In this document: positions 45,589 to 58,433 of the stretch, piece by piece
How positions within the stretch are numbered: the stretch's first letter is position 1
How the letters are laid out: each line of letters begins with the position of its first letter
Assembly (NCBI GenBank): GCA_946965045.2
Contig: OX337232.1
Location: 2,108,001 to 2,172,000, forward strand
Source: Epithemia pelagica
Lineage: Eukaryota > Protista > Bacillariophyta
Direction of reading: 5' to 3'
Length of the DNA stretch: 64,000 nt
Translations under genes and position numbers: made by a program
Notes under the pieces: generated by a model
Seen by the model: only the letters and a program-made list of their open reading frames with translations
Databases searched by the model: none
What the model was told of the DNA's origin: nothing

Positions 45589-48500
45589 ATGGCACCAAAG
45601 CGACAACAAGCGACATTGCAAGCATTCTTCGGAACCAAGCAACCAGTAGTCAAGAAAAGCAAGGGCCCAACCGATCCGGAGACTCGCAAATCTGATACAA
45701 CGACCAAGAAACGAGACAATGGAGCCAAGGAAAACACGGTAAACGACAAGAATCCAAAAGCATTCACTCAAAAGAAGACCGACAAGGATAAAGTGGTAGA
45801 AACTGAAGATGAAAAGACTAACGAAACCGAGCATGGCGAGGATATCATTGGTGAGAACAAACGACCTCAAAATCGTCGCAGGAAAAGACGCCGAATCATT
45901 GACGACGATGATGACGAGGATGAAACGAGCAATGGAAGCATGACTCAAGAAGACAAGCTGGAGAAAGATCAAGAAATGGAGGATCTACAGAACTCACCGG
46001 AAAAGACAACTTTCACTGAACCGACCAAGGTGTCCCCACCGTCGTCCGAAGAAAAAAGTACCGAAGGGGACTCCAAAGTGACAAATCATAAGAGCCAAAA
46101 GAGCTCTTCTTCATCTTCCACAGCATCTCCGACGCTAGAACATGACGAAAGCGAAGTACCGCCTTCCTCCGAAAAGCCCAAATCCATGGACGAGGACCAC
46201 TCGGCAGCAGACAAGTCCAAACAATCCAAACAAAAGAGCAGTGTGCAATCTATGCCTTCATTCTTCCAGCCCAAATCAAAGTCTATGGTCAAGGAAAAGG
46301 CATCTTCTGGTGATTCAGCAACAAAAAAGAAATCCTTGATTTCTTCTGATGAAACTCCAAAGCCTGCTGAACCATCATCCTCGGAGAAAGTGGAAGAAAC
46401 TGCCAACCAATCCAAAGCGTCCAGCCAGGAGCAAACCACGCCACTGCCTGCACCTTCGGAACTCTTCAAGGCGGCGCCCAAGGGTCAGTTTCTGACCGAC
46501 CAAAAGATTCTCGGTGAGATTGACACGGATCAGTGGCCTGAACGCGCATCCGTTCCGTACGTTGTTTTGTGTCAAGCGTTTGCCCAGATTGAAGAAATCA
46601 CGGGACGGCTCCAAATTCAAGAGATTCTGACCAAACTGTTGCGCCAAATACTGCTGCGACGAGCCAACTCCGAGAACGATACTACATGCCGTGATTTGTA
46701 CGATGTCTTATATCTCGCCTCCAATGAGGTTGCTCCTGCCTATCAATGTGTAGAGCTGGGAATTGGGGATGCCATTCTCATTAAGGCCATTGGCGAAGCA
46801 ACGGGAACGTCTCCCAACATGGTCAAGTCAAAATATGAGACAGTCGGTGACTTGGGGACAGTTGCCATGTCTTGCAAATCCAAACAAAAAACTTTGGGTG
46901 GATTCTTTGGAGCAGCGCCCTCTGTCAAGGCCAAATCTGAAGGCTCTTCCATGCTCACGGCACGGACAATCTTGCAAGTCTTTCGAGAAATTGCCGAAAC
47001 CAAGGGCAATCAAGCGCAGAAATGGAAGGTGGATAAGATCAAGAAATTGCTAGTCAAGGCTAGTGTGGGAATTGAAACCAAGTACATTATTCGTGGATTA
47101 CAGGGCAAATTGCGAATCGGATTGGCCCAGTCCACCGTTTTGATTGCATTGGCACACTCACTGGCTCTCACGCACGTTCCGAGAACAACGACGCCATCCT
47201 TGGAGATTAAGGAGCAGAACACAGAAACTGGTGACGACGACGAGGAAGCGGACACTTCCATCAAAGAGAAGGGACAAGGTAAGCTGCTACGGTTTCTTTG
47301 AACGATGTACCAAATAGCTCTCACATGGTTCCGCGTGTTTTCATATCAGAGGACGAGACGCCCGACGAAGTCACGCAATACATGGACTCTTCTCTGTCAG
47401 TGGAAAAGCGGCTGGAAGGTGCTGTTGCGATTGTCAAGAAAGCATACTCGGAATCGCCCTCGTACGATTCTCTGGTTGATGCTGCCTTGTCTGTTCCACT
47501 GGAACGATTGCACGAAAAGTGCACATTGCAACCAGGTATTCCTGTCGCACCAATGCTCGCCAAGCCGACCAAATCTATCCAAGAAGTTCTGAAGCGCTTG
47601 AATGGACAACTTTTCACGTGTGAATACAAATACGACGGAGAACGAGCGCAAGTGCATCTCTTACCCGATGGAACGACCAAAGTGTTTTCCAGGAATCTGC
47701 TCGATACATCGGAAAAGTTTCCGGAAGTTCCAGAATTTGTGCGGGAAGCGCGTCGTGACGGTAGCTCTGTTGAGTCATTTGTCATGGATGCAGAAGTGGT
47801 GGCATTCAACCCCAAGAGTGGACAACTGGTGCCCTTCCAAATCTTGTCTACACGCAAAAAGACGCAAGAGTCCAATGAAACAGCCAAAGTCCAAGTCATT
47901 GTCCAAGCATTTGATTTAATGTACTTGAATGGCAAGTCGTTGTTGCATCAGACTCTCTTCGAACGACGCAAGCTTTTGCGGGAACATTTTGTGGCTTTGC
48001 AAGGCAAATTTCAGTTTGCCCATTCTTTGGATCACCAAGAAAATGGTGATACAACAGTTCTGGAAGAATTTTTGGATCAATCGGTCAAGGGCCAATGCGA
48101 AGGCCTCATGGTGAAAACGCTCAACGAAAATGCCATGTACGAACCCAGTCGGCGATCCCTGAACTGGCTCAAGTTAAAAAAGGATTATTTGGAGGGGCTG
48201 GGAGATTCGGTCGATTTGGTTCCCTTGGGTGCGTACCACGGTAGGGGGAAACGGACTGGAGTTTACGGAGCCTACCTTTTGGCATGCTACGACGTGGATA
48301 GTGAAGAATTCCAGTCGGTGTGCAAGATTGGGACCGGGTTTTCGGATGATGACTTGAAGAACCTTGCACAAGCCTTGAACGAGCACATTATTCCAACCAA
48401 GTCTTCTCAATACAATGTGAGCGATGCCCTCGAATGCGATGTGTGGTTTGATACTGTCCAGGTATGGGAAGTGAAGGCGGCCGATTTGTCTCAATCGTCG

Positions 48501-48701
48501 GCCCATCGAGGCGCTGCGGGTAAAGTTGCGAGTGGCGACCGTGGCATTGGACTGCGATTTCCGCGATTTGAACGCATTCGAGAAGATAAGAAACCAGTCG
48601 AGGCAACCACGAGCGACCAAATTTTGGAACTCTACTACAATCAAGATACCATTGTCGGTGGGAACAATGGAGATGACGATGACGATATGGACGGAATTTA
48701 A
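45589..48701 (+). CDS. LIG1: DNA ligase I; exons 45589..47278, 47350..48701
   Basis: PIP-like QATLQAFF N-terminus, EYKYDGERAQ, EGLMVK, WLKLKKDY and LRFPRFERIREDK motifs. Intron 47279..47349 is phase 1. Confidence 0.97.
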
Positions 48702-49114
48702 AGGCTGATCGAAAAAGTAGCTAGATCATGTGGCCAGGATGTAGACTGAGTTCATCAGCCCTTTCTGTCGTTTCTCCTTATATCATAGGTGTTTCCGTGA
48801 TCGTCAACGTACTCGTCCATATCTCAGTGCCAGACAAATGTTCCGAACTTTCCGCCAACTTGTAGATCTTATGCCCCTGGTCGGAAAAGTCCATGTCTCA
48901 AGTGAGGTTGAAGCTACAAATCGAGTGGAAAGTCAATTTGTTGGTTGACTGAACCATTCCTGTCATCCATCGGTTAACAAAACCAGCCCACTGGTCATGA
49001 TGCGCACAGTCAACGACCGCATCGCGGTTCGGCCTGATGGCGACAGATGGACAGATTTTAAACTTGAAAGGCATGCGCAATTCCGTCCGGCACAACCACT
49101 CCTCCATCCATCGA

Positions 49115-50360
49115 TTACCATGCCAAATCACACTCATCTAGCCCTTCTACTACCAAGTCGCCTAGTTTGGAGGATGAGTTCAGTAGAGTGGCAGATTCAT
49201 CCTCCTCTTCCTCATTCTCATGATTACTCGTTTTGCCCTTGTGTTGCTTCGTCCCACTACCCACCGCCGTGTCGGGTGGTTCGACCATACGGACCTTGGT
49301 GGTGGTGGTTGTTTCTTGGTTGTCCTCCGTGCAATAATCATTGTCGTCCTCCTGCTCACTCCACTCGAGTTCGTCGTCTTCGTCCACCGCGTGACTACTC
49401 CAAAGCAGCAGTGGTGGTTGGGAATGGTGCTTGTCACCACCACCACCCGTTGTCGTCTGTTGTCGTCGTGGTTCCAAATGAAGGTCCTCGAGTTCCTCCT
49501 GTTCCACCTCGTGGTGTTGGTCCTCGGAGGATATTTCGGATGGAACAGGAGGAGCAGGCGGCGGCGGCGTGGATGGTTGTTCCGATACGGATCTTTTTTC
49601 ATGGGCCGGTAAGGTGTTGGGAGACGACGGTCTTGTCGCAGCACCTCCCATACATTCCAAAGTGCTATTTGGGTCCTCGTGCTGGTTCTGGTCCGAATGA
49701 TTCCTGGACGCGTCGTCCACCGTGGTATGGTCATGACGATGACTATCACCCAGTGGTGTGGTGGAGGATGCGCTACCTCGTGCGTCGTGTGGTCGAGAGT
49801 CGTCTCGAACTGCTTGCTGAGGTGGTGGTGGAGGAGGATGGGATTCATTGTGTGTTCCGTGTGGCAACCCATTTCGGTGACACGTCGTGTCGTGCGGCGG
49901 CGGTGGTGGCCGCGGTCCATGACGCCGTGTTGGTGGTGGTGGTGGTGGTTCCCTGTCGGTCGTTCGATGGTCGTCGTTGTCGTTGTCGTTGTCGTCGTCG
50001 TCCTGGTCGTATGCGGTTGTTGTTGCTGTGGCTGGTGGTGGTGCCAGGGGGATGGAATTGCGGTGTTCCAACCAGGCGGTAAATTTGGCATCGTCCAGTT
50101 CCTTGGCATGATCGGGCGTCCAAACCCGACCAATATTGTGGCCTCCAATCAACAAGATGCGTTCGGGAGGTCGTTGTCGACGACCGCGACGACGACTTGT
50201 GGAGGATTCTTGGAGATCATCCTCTTCCTCTTCTTCCTGCTCCTCATCGTCGTCCTCGTCTTTGGTGGTGGTGGTTCCGCAGTGTCGCAACATGACGGCA
50301 CACTCTTTCAATTGCCACACGTGTCCTTCTTGCAGTAGTTTGGGAGGTCGTTTCCGTCGT

Positions 50361-50395
<35 letters not shown>

Positions 50396-51304
50396 GGTCG
50401 TCCTTCGTGTCGGTGGTTGCGACGGTTCGTGGTGGTCGTGTTCTTGTTCTTGTTCTTGTTGACGGACCCATTCGGGATCCATCCAAGCCCGCATGGTGGC
50501 ACCCGTTTCATCCTGCAGCACGACCGTCGTCAACCACCAATGATGCGTGACAATGCGATGCACCAACACCAAGAGCTGAATGTGCCGGGGCAAGTGCCAA
50601 GTACGAGTCTGTTCCAAGCGACGCGTCACATCGGCCAGCAACCAGACGTGACGAGGCAGGTAGGGGCGTAACCAGGCGACCCGTTGGGATACTGTCGAAT
50701 GGACGACAGCCAGGGGCATGGGCGGCGTCGGCCAGTCCAAGTCACATTGCATGGCCAACCAGGCGGGGCTGGAAAAATAATACTGCTGCGACCCAGCCGC
50801 AGCAGCGGAAGACGATTGGGTACGGGACCGTTTGGTGGTGCGGCCGTGACGAGCCGTCTCGTCGTCGTCCTCCTCCTCCTCGTCATGGTCCGAATCCAGG
50901 GGCGTCGTCAAAGGATCGGATGCCGTCTTGGTGGTCTTGTTGTTGTTTCTATTGAGTTGTTGTTGTTGTTGAAACCATCGACCCGCGGGTCCGACGGGAA
51001 CATGTCGTTTGCGATGTCGTTTGGCCTTGGTCAATGCCGTCGGCCGATTCCAGGTGGACGGGGGCCTGGAACCGGCTGGGTCGTTCCACGTTGTTGTTGG
51101 TGGTGGTTGTGTGGCTGTGGCGGTGGCTGGTTGGCTCCAGTGGTGGTCCCACTCGGAGGAGGGATCCATCGTCGTCGTCATCATTGTCCTGGGAGGAGGA
51201 GCGTCTTGAAGAGAGTGGCGGGAAGCAAAGCCGCCGTCATGGTCATGAGGGGGTGCATTCCATCCTGGATGAGTGTGATGAGGCGGCGGACCACGAGGAT
51301 TCAT
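49115..51304 (-). CDS. HROB: HROB/MCM8IP (C17orf53)-like OB-fold protein embedded in extensive low-complexity sequence
   Basis: VPVGPAG (cf. PGPAG), FSSPAWLAM (cf. F.xPWLTM) and an OB-like segment QLLVLVHRI...VVLQDETGATMRAW...LQEGHVWQLKECAV in HROB order. Recognised by eye. Confidence 0.65.
50361..50393. repeat. (GTC)11 coding microsatellite encoding poly-Thr inside the HROB-like OB region
   Basis: Directly visible. Confidence 0.95.
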
Positions 51305-52139
51305 GTCCCAACGAAATCAATCACAATTCAGCAGACCCTTTTTTGGACAAGGAGAATGACTGCGCGCAAGGGAATTTACTTGGAGCGCTCTACTTGTTGT
51401 GATGATCAAACAAGGGTTGGAACAACAGACCCTCCTGCAGCCACAATCAGAGAGAGACAAGAGAAAGCCCACAAAACTTCCCTCCAAAACCGTTGGGTCC
51501 CCCTGCGCGGAACAGAGAGCATGCCAGTTCGAGTCGCAAGCCGAGTGGAGCTCCTTAAAAGCGACCGAAAAGCGATCAGGAAGCGCGTGGAACATCCATG
51601 TCCGGAAGGGACAAATAGTCACGTTTTATCCATTTTTCCTTTTTTTCAACTTCGAAAACAGAAGGGTCACAAAAAATAATCTGTCACAAAACCGGTGCGC
51701 AACCCCCACCTACTCTGCGGACGACAACATTGTGTGGTTTTCTCTTGGCCAAACCAAACCAAGACAGAGCCATCTCTCTTGAACAAGAAGGAGAGCAACG
51801 CCCAGGCATTCCAACGAACCAGAGTGAGAACTGGACCGGTCAATCGTGCCGGCATTACTACCACTGTATACCAGCAACCAGAAACCATTGTTGGTATCAC
51901 AAAAGAGTCACAACCATACACACCAAACACCAGAATATATTTATAATTTATATACGACAGTCTGGTGGTTTGCCAGGGGATTTGTCGAGAGATCCATTCG
52001 TTGAGAGGCTCTTGATCCCTTTGTGGATGGATTGATTTCCTTGGTCAAGACTCCCTAGTAGAGCAATTGATTGGTGTCCTTGCCGCCTGCCCGAGGGAGT
52101 TGTTGTGGTCGTCCAATCCTCATTAGCGTCGTCGTCGTC

Positions 52140-54817
52140 ATGTCTGGTTCCGGCAATCCGCAAGAAGACGAAAGTACGACTCCACCACCTACGGAATCGT
52201 TACGACTCGTCCCAGAAGAACGCAACGAATCCAGACGGCCATCCGTGTCGTCGCGAATGGAACCCTTGAAACCGCATCGCAGTCGAAGTGGCAACACGCC
52301 ATCCACAACAACAACGGCCACAACGACGACGGGTGCCTCTTTGTTTCGAAGTCGAAAATCAGGAGACCCTTCCACAACGACACCCTCGTCGGAACGCAAA
52401 CGTCGTCGAAGAAAACACCACAAGGGATCCTTTCGATCCAATACTCTGGAAGGAACGGATGCTACATCGCCCACCACCTCCACCAATTCTTCGGCCGTCG
52501 TTCTAGTGGGTTCGTCGTCCTCCTCCAGCAATGTGGACGGCGCGTCGTCGTCGTCCACCTTTCGTGCCAGTCGTGGTGGTGGCGGCGGCTTGTGTCGGGC
52601 CTTGCTGTCGTGTTTGTGGCAATGGTTGACCCGATCCCCGACCGTGGCGGCCAATTCCGTTCCACCCGCCGTGGCCACCTTTTCCTCCCCGCGGACCAGT
52701 CGATGGATGAGCTTTTTGGCGCGCGGCGTCTTGTGGACGACCATTGTCGCCAGTTCGATTGGAGTCATTTGGTACTCGTTGGAACTCTATCATCATGGGT
52801 ACGTGCGTACGTAGACGTTGGTTTTGCTCCAGTGTGTTTGTTTTCGTGGGGAAACAGGTCGGATGCAATGTTCTGGAACAACTAAGACATTGGATTGTAC
52901 CAAACATGGACCCGAACGAACAGGTCCTGGAACCAGACTGTCTTGACAATTTGGATAGAAGACTTGTCTCACTTATTTTCCGTAAATTTCTATTTTCTTC
53001 TTTGTTTTTTGTTCTTTGTTTTCGTTGAGGACAGTTACGATCCCCATTTGGTTGCTTGGTTTAGTGCGGGAGGCTTTGTATTACTGGGGTTTCCCATTAG
53101 TATGTGGGCCATTATACGGCATTTGGCCAACTACAATCAGCCTCATGTTCAAGTCTACATTGTCCGAATATTGTGGATGGTTCCCTTGTATTCGGTAGGC
53201 TCCTGGTTGGCCATGCGGTTCCGATCCTACGCCATTTACATTGAAACCGTTCGAGATTTGTACGAAAGTTATGTCTTGTATTCCTTTTTGCAGTTTTTGA
53301 TTCAAGTTCTGGGAGGCGAAGAAGCGCTGGTTCTCATGCTCAAGGACAAGAGTCCTACCAGGGGTGTGCACATGTGGGGACTGCAATGGTGTGTCAAACC
53401 CTGGCTCATGGGACAACCCTATCGAAAGACCGTGTACGAACGGGAAAGCAATGGCAACAATACACGATTGTCACCCACCAGTCGGAGTCCGGCGCACAGT
53501 CCCGTCCATGCCAGCAGTCCCACGGCACGGAGTAATGGAGGAACTCTCAAATCCAGAGCGGTGAAACGAGTGGTGTGGAAATCACCCTTTTTTGTCAAAT
53601 GCAAGTTTGGCGTTCTTCAATACGTCTTGCTCAAATTTGTCTCGGCCATTTGCATCATGATTCTGGAGCATTTGGGCTTGTATCACGAAGGTGACTTTAC
53701 ACCCCGCGGTGGATACCTGTACATTTGTTTTGTCACCAATTTGAGTCAATGCTGGGCACTCTACTGTCTCGTCTTTTTTTACTATGCCACACACAACGAG
53801 TTGTCACCCATTCGACCCGTGGGAAAATTCCTTTCCGTCAAAGCCTTGGTCTTTTTTACCTGGTGGCAATCGGTCATGATTTCCATCTTGCTCGGTATGG
53901 ATATGATCCCCGCCTACACCAAACAACGGCAAGATTGGAGTTCCGAAGATGTCGCCAAAGGATTGCAAGATTATTTGATTTGTATCGAAATGTTTGTGAT
54001 TGCCATTGTGCATTCCTTTGTCTTTCCCCATTCCGAATATACACCGCAGGCTGTGGAAGCACGGTCCCGAGCACTCAATCTGGCACCCATGGCAAAATGG
54101 CACAAGCGCCGGCTCGGTCGAACCAAGTATTCGAGTCAATATCTCTTGTTTGGAGGCCGTGGCAGTGGAAGTGATGACCATTCGGCCAATACACAATCGT
54201 TGGGGACCGACGTGGAAACGGAATTGGTTTCCCTCACGTCCGACACGGACCTGGCGGGATGGAATTCGCAATTCACTGGCCCACAGTTTGGCCATTATTC
54301 TCCTCACGACACTAGTCCTATGTTGCACAATAATCTGGACGAAGAACAGGGCCTGGCATTGGAACCTACTACTTTCCGTAGTGGAAACACGATGGAACAC
54401 AAGGACGAAAAACGTAGTAGTCCAACGACAAATACAGGTCTTGACCCTCGAGTCGACATGACCGAGCTGGAGGAGGAGGACGACGATGATGAAGAAGAAG
54501 AGGACGATGACGACGAAGAGTTTGATGACGAGGATGACGGAGAAGACGACGACATGGAAGCAGTTGTGTTACGAGACGGCGAACATGACGAAGAGCTTCC
54601 GGCGAGAACCACCACCAGCCGTCCGGGATTTATGCATGCCCTACTAGAATCGGCCATTCCTACGGACATGGTGGACAGTACAGTAGGAATTGTCAAGGGT
54701 GAATACAATATTGAACGCAAAACCCTACTGAACCATGCCACTGCTTCGGATCAATACGACTTGTTCTCCCCCAACCGAAGACCCTATTCGGTTGTAAAAA
54801 AGGGTGAACCGAGTTAA
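52140..54817 (+). CDS. TMEM184: TMEM184/OST-alpha family transporter; exons 52140..52798, 53035..54817
   Basis: YIVRILWMVPLYS, RDLYESYVLYSF, CKFGVLQYV, KFLSVKALVFFTWWQS and GLQDYLICIEMF motifs. Intron 52799..53034 is phase 2. Confidence 0.92.
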
Positions 54818-55219
54818 GCAAGACTGGTCGTCAATGGAACTGGAACCCCGCTCTGCTCCTTCCGGCTTCCGACCATGCATCCATGATGACGGTCATGCTA
54901 TGGTTATAGATTTTGGACTTGACTACAACTCCACTGGCACAGTGGTAAAGAACGTCGGGTTGGGTTGAAACGTTACATGTTCAATCAAGACACACAAACT
55001 ACGGAATCCACTGTGTATTCTTTGGTTATAGGAGTATAATATGATCATGCAGGACTATTGCTACACGAGAGTGGACTTTCCAGCCGTCCACAGGCACACA
55101 CAAAAATAGTATTAACATTGACTGACTGACCATGTGAATGTCTTGTTACGAACGTTTGTTCCATTCGTTGGTTTTTGGTCGGACGTCACCACTACCGAAA
55201 CAGCTTGATACTAGCCATT

Positions 55220-56614
55220 TCAAAAGCAGCATCCGCTCGAAGTACGTGGAGTAGGTTTCTCTGTTTCCACGTTTTGTTGTTTGGAAGGAGGCAGTACTAC
55301 TGCAACTTCGTCTTCATCATCGCTCGTGGGAGAAAGTATTACCGTCTTGGGGGTCGTTGTGGGGATGGTTGCAACAATGTTCTGCGTCTTCTCTTCTGTC
55401 TTCGCTTCCGTCTTCTCTACCGTCTTCTCTTCCGTCTTTTCCTTGGTTTGCTGTTCCTCTTTCTCAGCATTCAACATGAGTTGTCGCTTCTTGCGTTCAA
55501 GCTCAAACACTTGATCGTATGTAATGTCTTTGTCATACGCAACATCTTCATCCTTGAAGACAATATCATCATCCTCAGTGTTGAGTTCTTGGTAAGCGTT
55601 CAATCCAACAGTGTCCGATTCCACGGTGCACAAGTTGGGTTGCTTGTATGGAAGTTCCTCAGGTTCATCCAATTCATATTCTTCCATGGGCGTGTAATGG
55701 TCACCAAGATCTTCCTTGGGAATGGCTTTTCCTTTCTCATAAGATGTCGGAAACATGGCCAAGAGTGTTCGACACTAAAAACCAGACCAACAGCAAAATG
55801 ATATCGTCAATGAGAGGCACGGGAATCACACACGAAAAAGTGACAGAAGACTTGTACTTACTGGGCAACAGAGAAGGACGGTCATGAGACTATCAAAGTC
55901 AAGGTTGAAGCACGCACTGGAACAGACCATTCCACATTGACAGGGGAAGCACAACAATCTCGTCTTGAGACGTTGACTCTGCAAGGGTCGTTTGAAGTCG
56001 TTGCACACGTTACCACAGCAGTTCTTGGAGTCTTCTGCCGGTGGGTCGGAAAACTCGGCCACAATGATTTTGACATGATGCGACGTGTCATCGGCACATG
56101 CATATGTGTTTGTTCGGCAATCCCTGCCATGCGAGACAAAGTTGCTCGAGGCCCGGGCCGAGGCGGCACGGGCGTTCCGGGAGATGTTGGAGGCGTATCC
56201 ACGGGCGTAGTCCGCGTTGCAGGAGTCCGCGTTGCAGGAATGCGAGTTGCAGGGATTCGAGTTGCAGGATTCAGAGCAGCCCTTGGCATAATGGTTGGAG
56301 CAGTGGGCAACCTCGACGGACATATCCGAGAAACACTGGTAGGTTCGAGCCGAAGCCTGCCGAGAAGTCTTGGCCGTACCGGAGGCGCAGTCCGAGCAAC
56401 AGTCCTGTGTTCGATGACCACACTCGGAGAGGAAGTTGGCAATCTTTTCCGCAGGAAGCTCTTCGTCTCGGTCCGCATACCAGTTGGAAACCTGACCCGA
56501 AGTGGATGCCCATAGGTCGTTGAACTTTTGCTTCAGTTCGTCCGAACTCAAGTTGGTCGTCGTGCTCGTGCTGCCAACGACACTTTTCGAATCATTAACA
56601 CTCGTGGTACTCAT
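55220..56614 (-). CDS. Cys-rich hypothetical protein (~435 aa); exons 56614..55862, 55774..55220; ends GCCF
   Basis: Two track ORFs join in phase 0 via intron 55775..55861 (CCA|gtaagt...ttttag|TGT), giving LLCCP-CRTLLAMFP. Confidence 0.75.
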
Positions 56615-57286
56615 GGTGACAATCGCCCAACAACCGATTCAGAATCAGCGTAATCGTCAACAAGACGTTCGTGGTCTCTCTTCTCTTGTTGTGAGCTCCA
56701 CGAAGAAGAAGAACTATAGATTTGCTTGTGAGGACGAGGTTTTTGCTCTCCCCCCGAAGTTTTTCAGCTTGTATTGTGAGCATCGTAGTACTCGTGCCGA
56801 CAGGTGGCACTGGCGGTAAATAGTGGTGCAACGAGAAAGGTACATAGGCAACTCCAGCGAAATTGATGGCGCACCAACGGATCTCTGGCTAGTTACTTGT
56901 AGGTAGTTATCGCTCTGTCTGACTGGTAAAACAGCTACGTACGCGTGCGCGCAGCTATCTATCTAAAAATTCCCAGAGTCAAATAGATGGATCGATTGTC
57001 CGTTGGCGATTGGGGAGTGTTATATGGAATCCCACACCGAATGTTTCCATCCGAGCTCGCGAGAGATTTAAAATTTAAACCATTATGACGGATCCTGTTG
57101 GGCGTGGGGCATTCCACGTCACAGGGTCTTTTGTCTTTCTGGAAAAACAAAAGGGGAAGGTGTGGTGTCAAATAATGGGCGTCGACCACAGCAAAGAGAG
57201 TTCGCTTCTTTGTTGACGTTGCTGATGAGTGAATTCACTTTCAAAGATCTGTTCTCGCATTCCTCTTCCTTCCTTCTCAAGACTTT

Positions 57287-58330
57287 TTGAACATGCCGGG
57301 TCGAGTAGGACACCAAGACCGTCGTGGATTCGACGCCTCTATGCAAATGCTCATGGTTGTCATGGCCGTGGGCTTGTTGCTCATGATTGTGTACAGTTGG
57401 AAGATTGGTTTGGCCGTCTTTTTGCTTTCGGCCGTGACTTTTATTGCCGTCGAAGCCATGACGGCCCCACCAGCCAATGGTCCTCGTGCCTTTATTCGGT
57501 TTTTCCGAGAACAAGTCAAACGACGTCCCATTCTCGTGTGTTTGGGTGATTCCTTGACGCATGGTACCATGAGCTCGTCGTACACACCCAATGTCCCTCG
57601 CAAATTGGCCGAACGACTCGGCATGGATCCACCCAGTTTGACAGCCATTTTTGCCGACCCACTGTGGGTGGTGAATTGTGGTCAAAATAGCTGCACCAGT
57701 CACACCATTCTCCAGGATCGACTCCAAGGAGCCCTGAACTGCAGCCCGGATTATATCTTGATTTTCATTGGAACCAACGATGTGCGGGCCATGTACAGTG
57801 CGGCCTGGGCCAAACAAGTCGTACGAGTCAATGCCTTGCCACAAGTTCCGACACTCGGAATTTTGGAAGCCAATTTAAAAGGCATGATTGAGTATATTCA
57901 AAGAGAGCAGATGCAGACTCAAATTGGCGTCTGCACCTTGCCTCCCATGGGTGAAGATTTGACGACACCGGCCAACGATTGGGTTCGAAAGGCCAATACA
58001 GTGATTGAAAAAACAGTCAATGGCTTTAATGAAAAATGCACTCTGGTGCCTGTCTACAATCGGTTTGAATCCATCTTGGAAAAGAAACCCAACAAAAGCA
58101 GGGGCGTCAAGGTGGACAATTTCTTTGCTGTTGCATGTTATATGGGGATGCTATATCATTTATTTGCGGGTGTTTTTACCTGGGATGGACTTTCCAACCA
58201 ATTTGGACACTTGTTGCTGTCGGATGGCTTGCACTTGAATGATCGTGGAAAGGATATTGTCGTCGACCTTGTGGTCGAATGGCTCATGACAAACAATATT
58301 GCAAAGGCCATTGCCGTCAAGTCGCTATAA
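57287..58330 (+). CDS. SGNH/GDSL hydrolase with an N-terminal membrane anchor
   Basis: Blocks I LGDSLT, II VNCGQNS, III IFIGTND and V SDGLHLN. Confidence 0.92.
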   Translation: MNMPGRVGHQDRRGFDASMQMLMVVMAVGLLLMIVYSWKIGLAVFLLSAVTFIAVEAMTAPPANGPRAFIRFFREQVKRRPILVCLGDSLTHGTMSSSYTPNVPRKLAERLGMDPPSLTAIFADPLWVVNCGQNSCTSHTILQDRLQGALNCSPDYILIFIGTNDVRAMYSAAWAKQVVRVNALPQVPTLGILEANLKGMIEYIQREQMQTQIGVCTLPPMGEDLTTPANDWVRKANTVIEKTVNGFNEKCTLVPVYNRFESILEKKPNKSRGVKVDNFFAVACYMGMLYHLFAGVFTWDGLSNQFGHLLLSDGLHLNDRGKDIVVDLVVEWLMTNNIAKAIAVKSL

Positions 58331-58433
58331 GGACTAGCAATAGGTTGCATTACATGATGCATGCGCCAAATCGCAATAAACGAGAAATAGCGCTTTGTAA
58401 TTATTCAGTAGACATCAACTTAACTTGTTGTTC

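Noticed and set aside
48997-51679. Long plus-strand ORFs (361, 219, 331 aa)
   Set aside because: Antisense to the HROB-like gene; stop-poor because of GTC/GTG triplet repeats.
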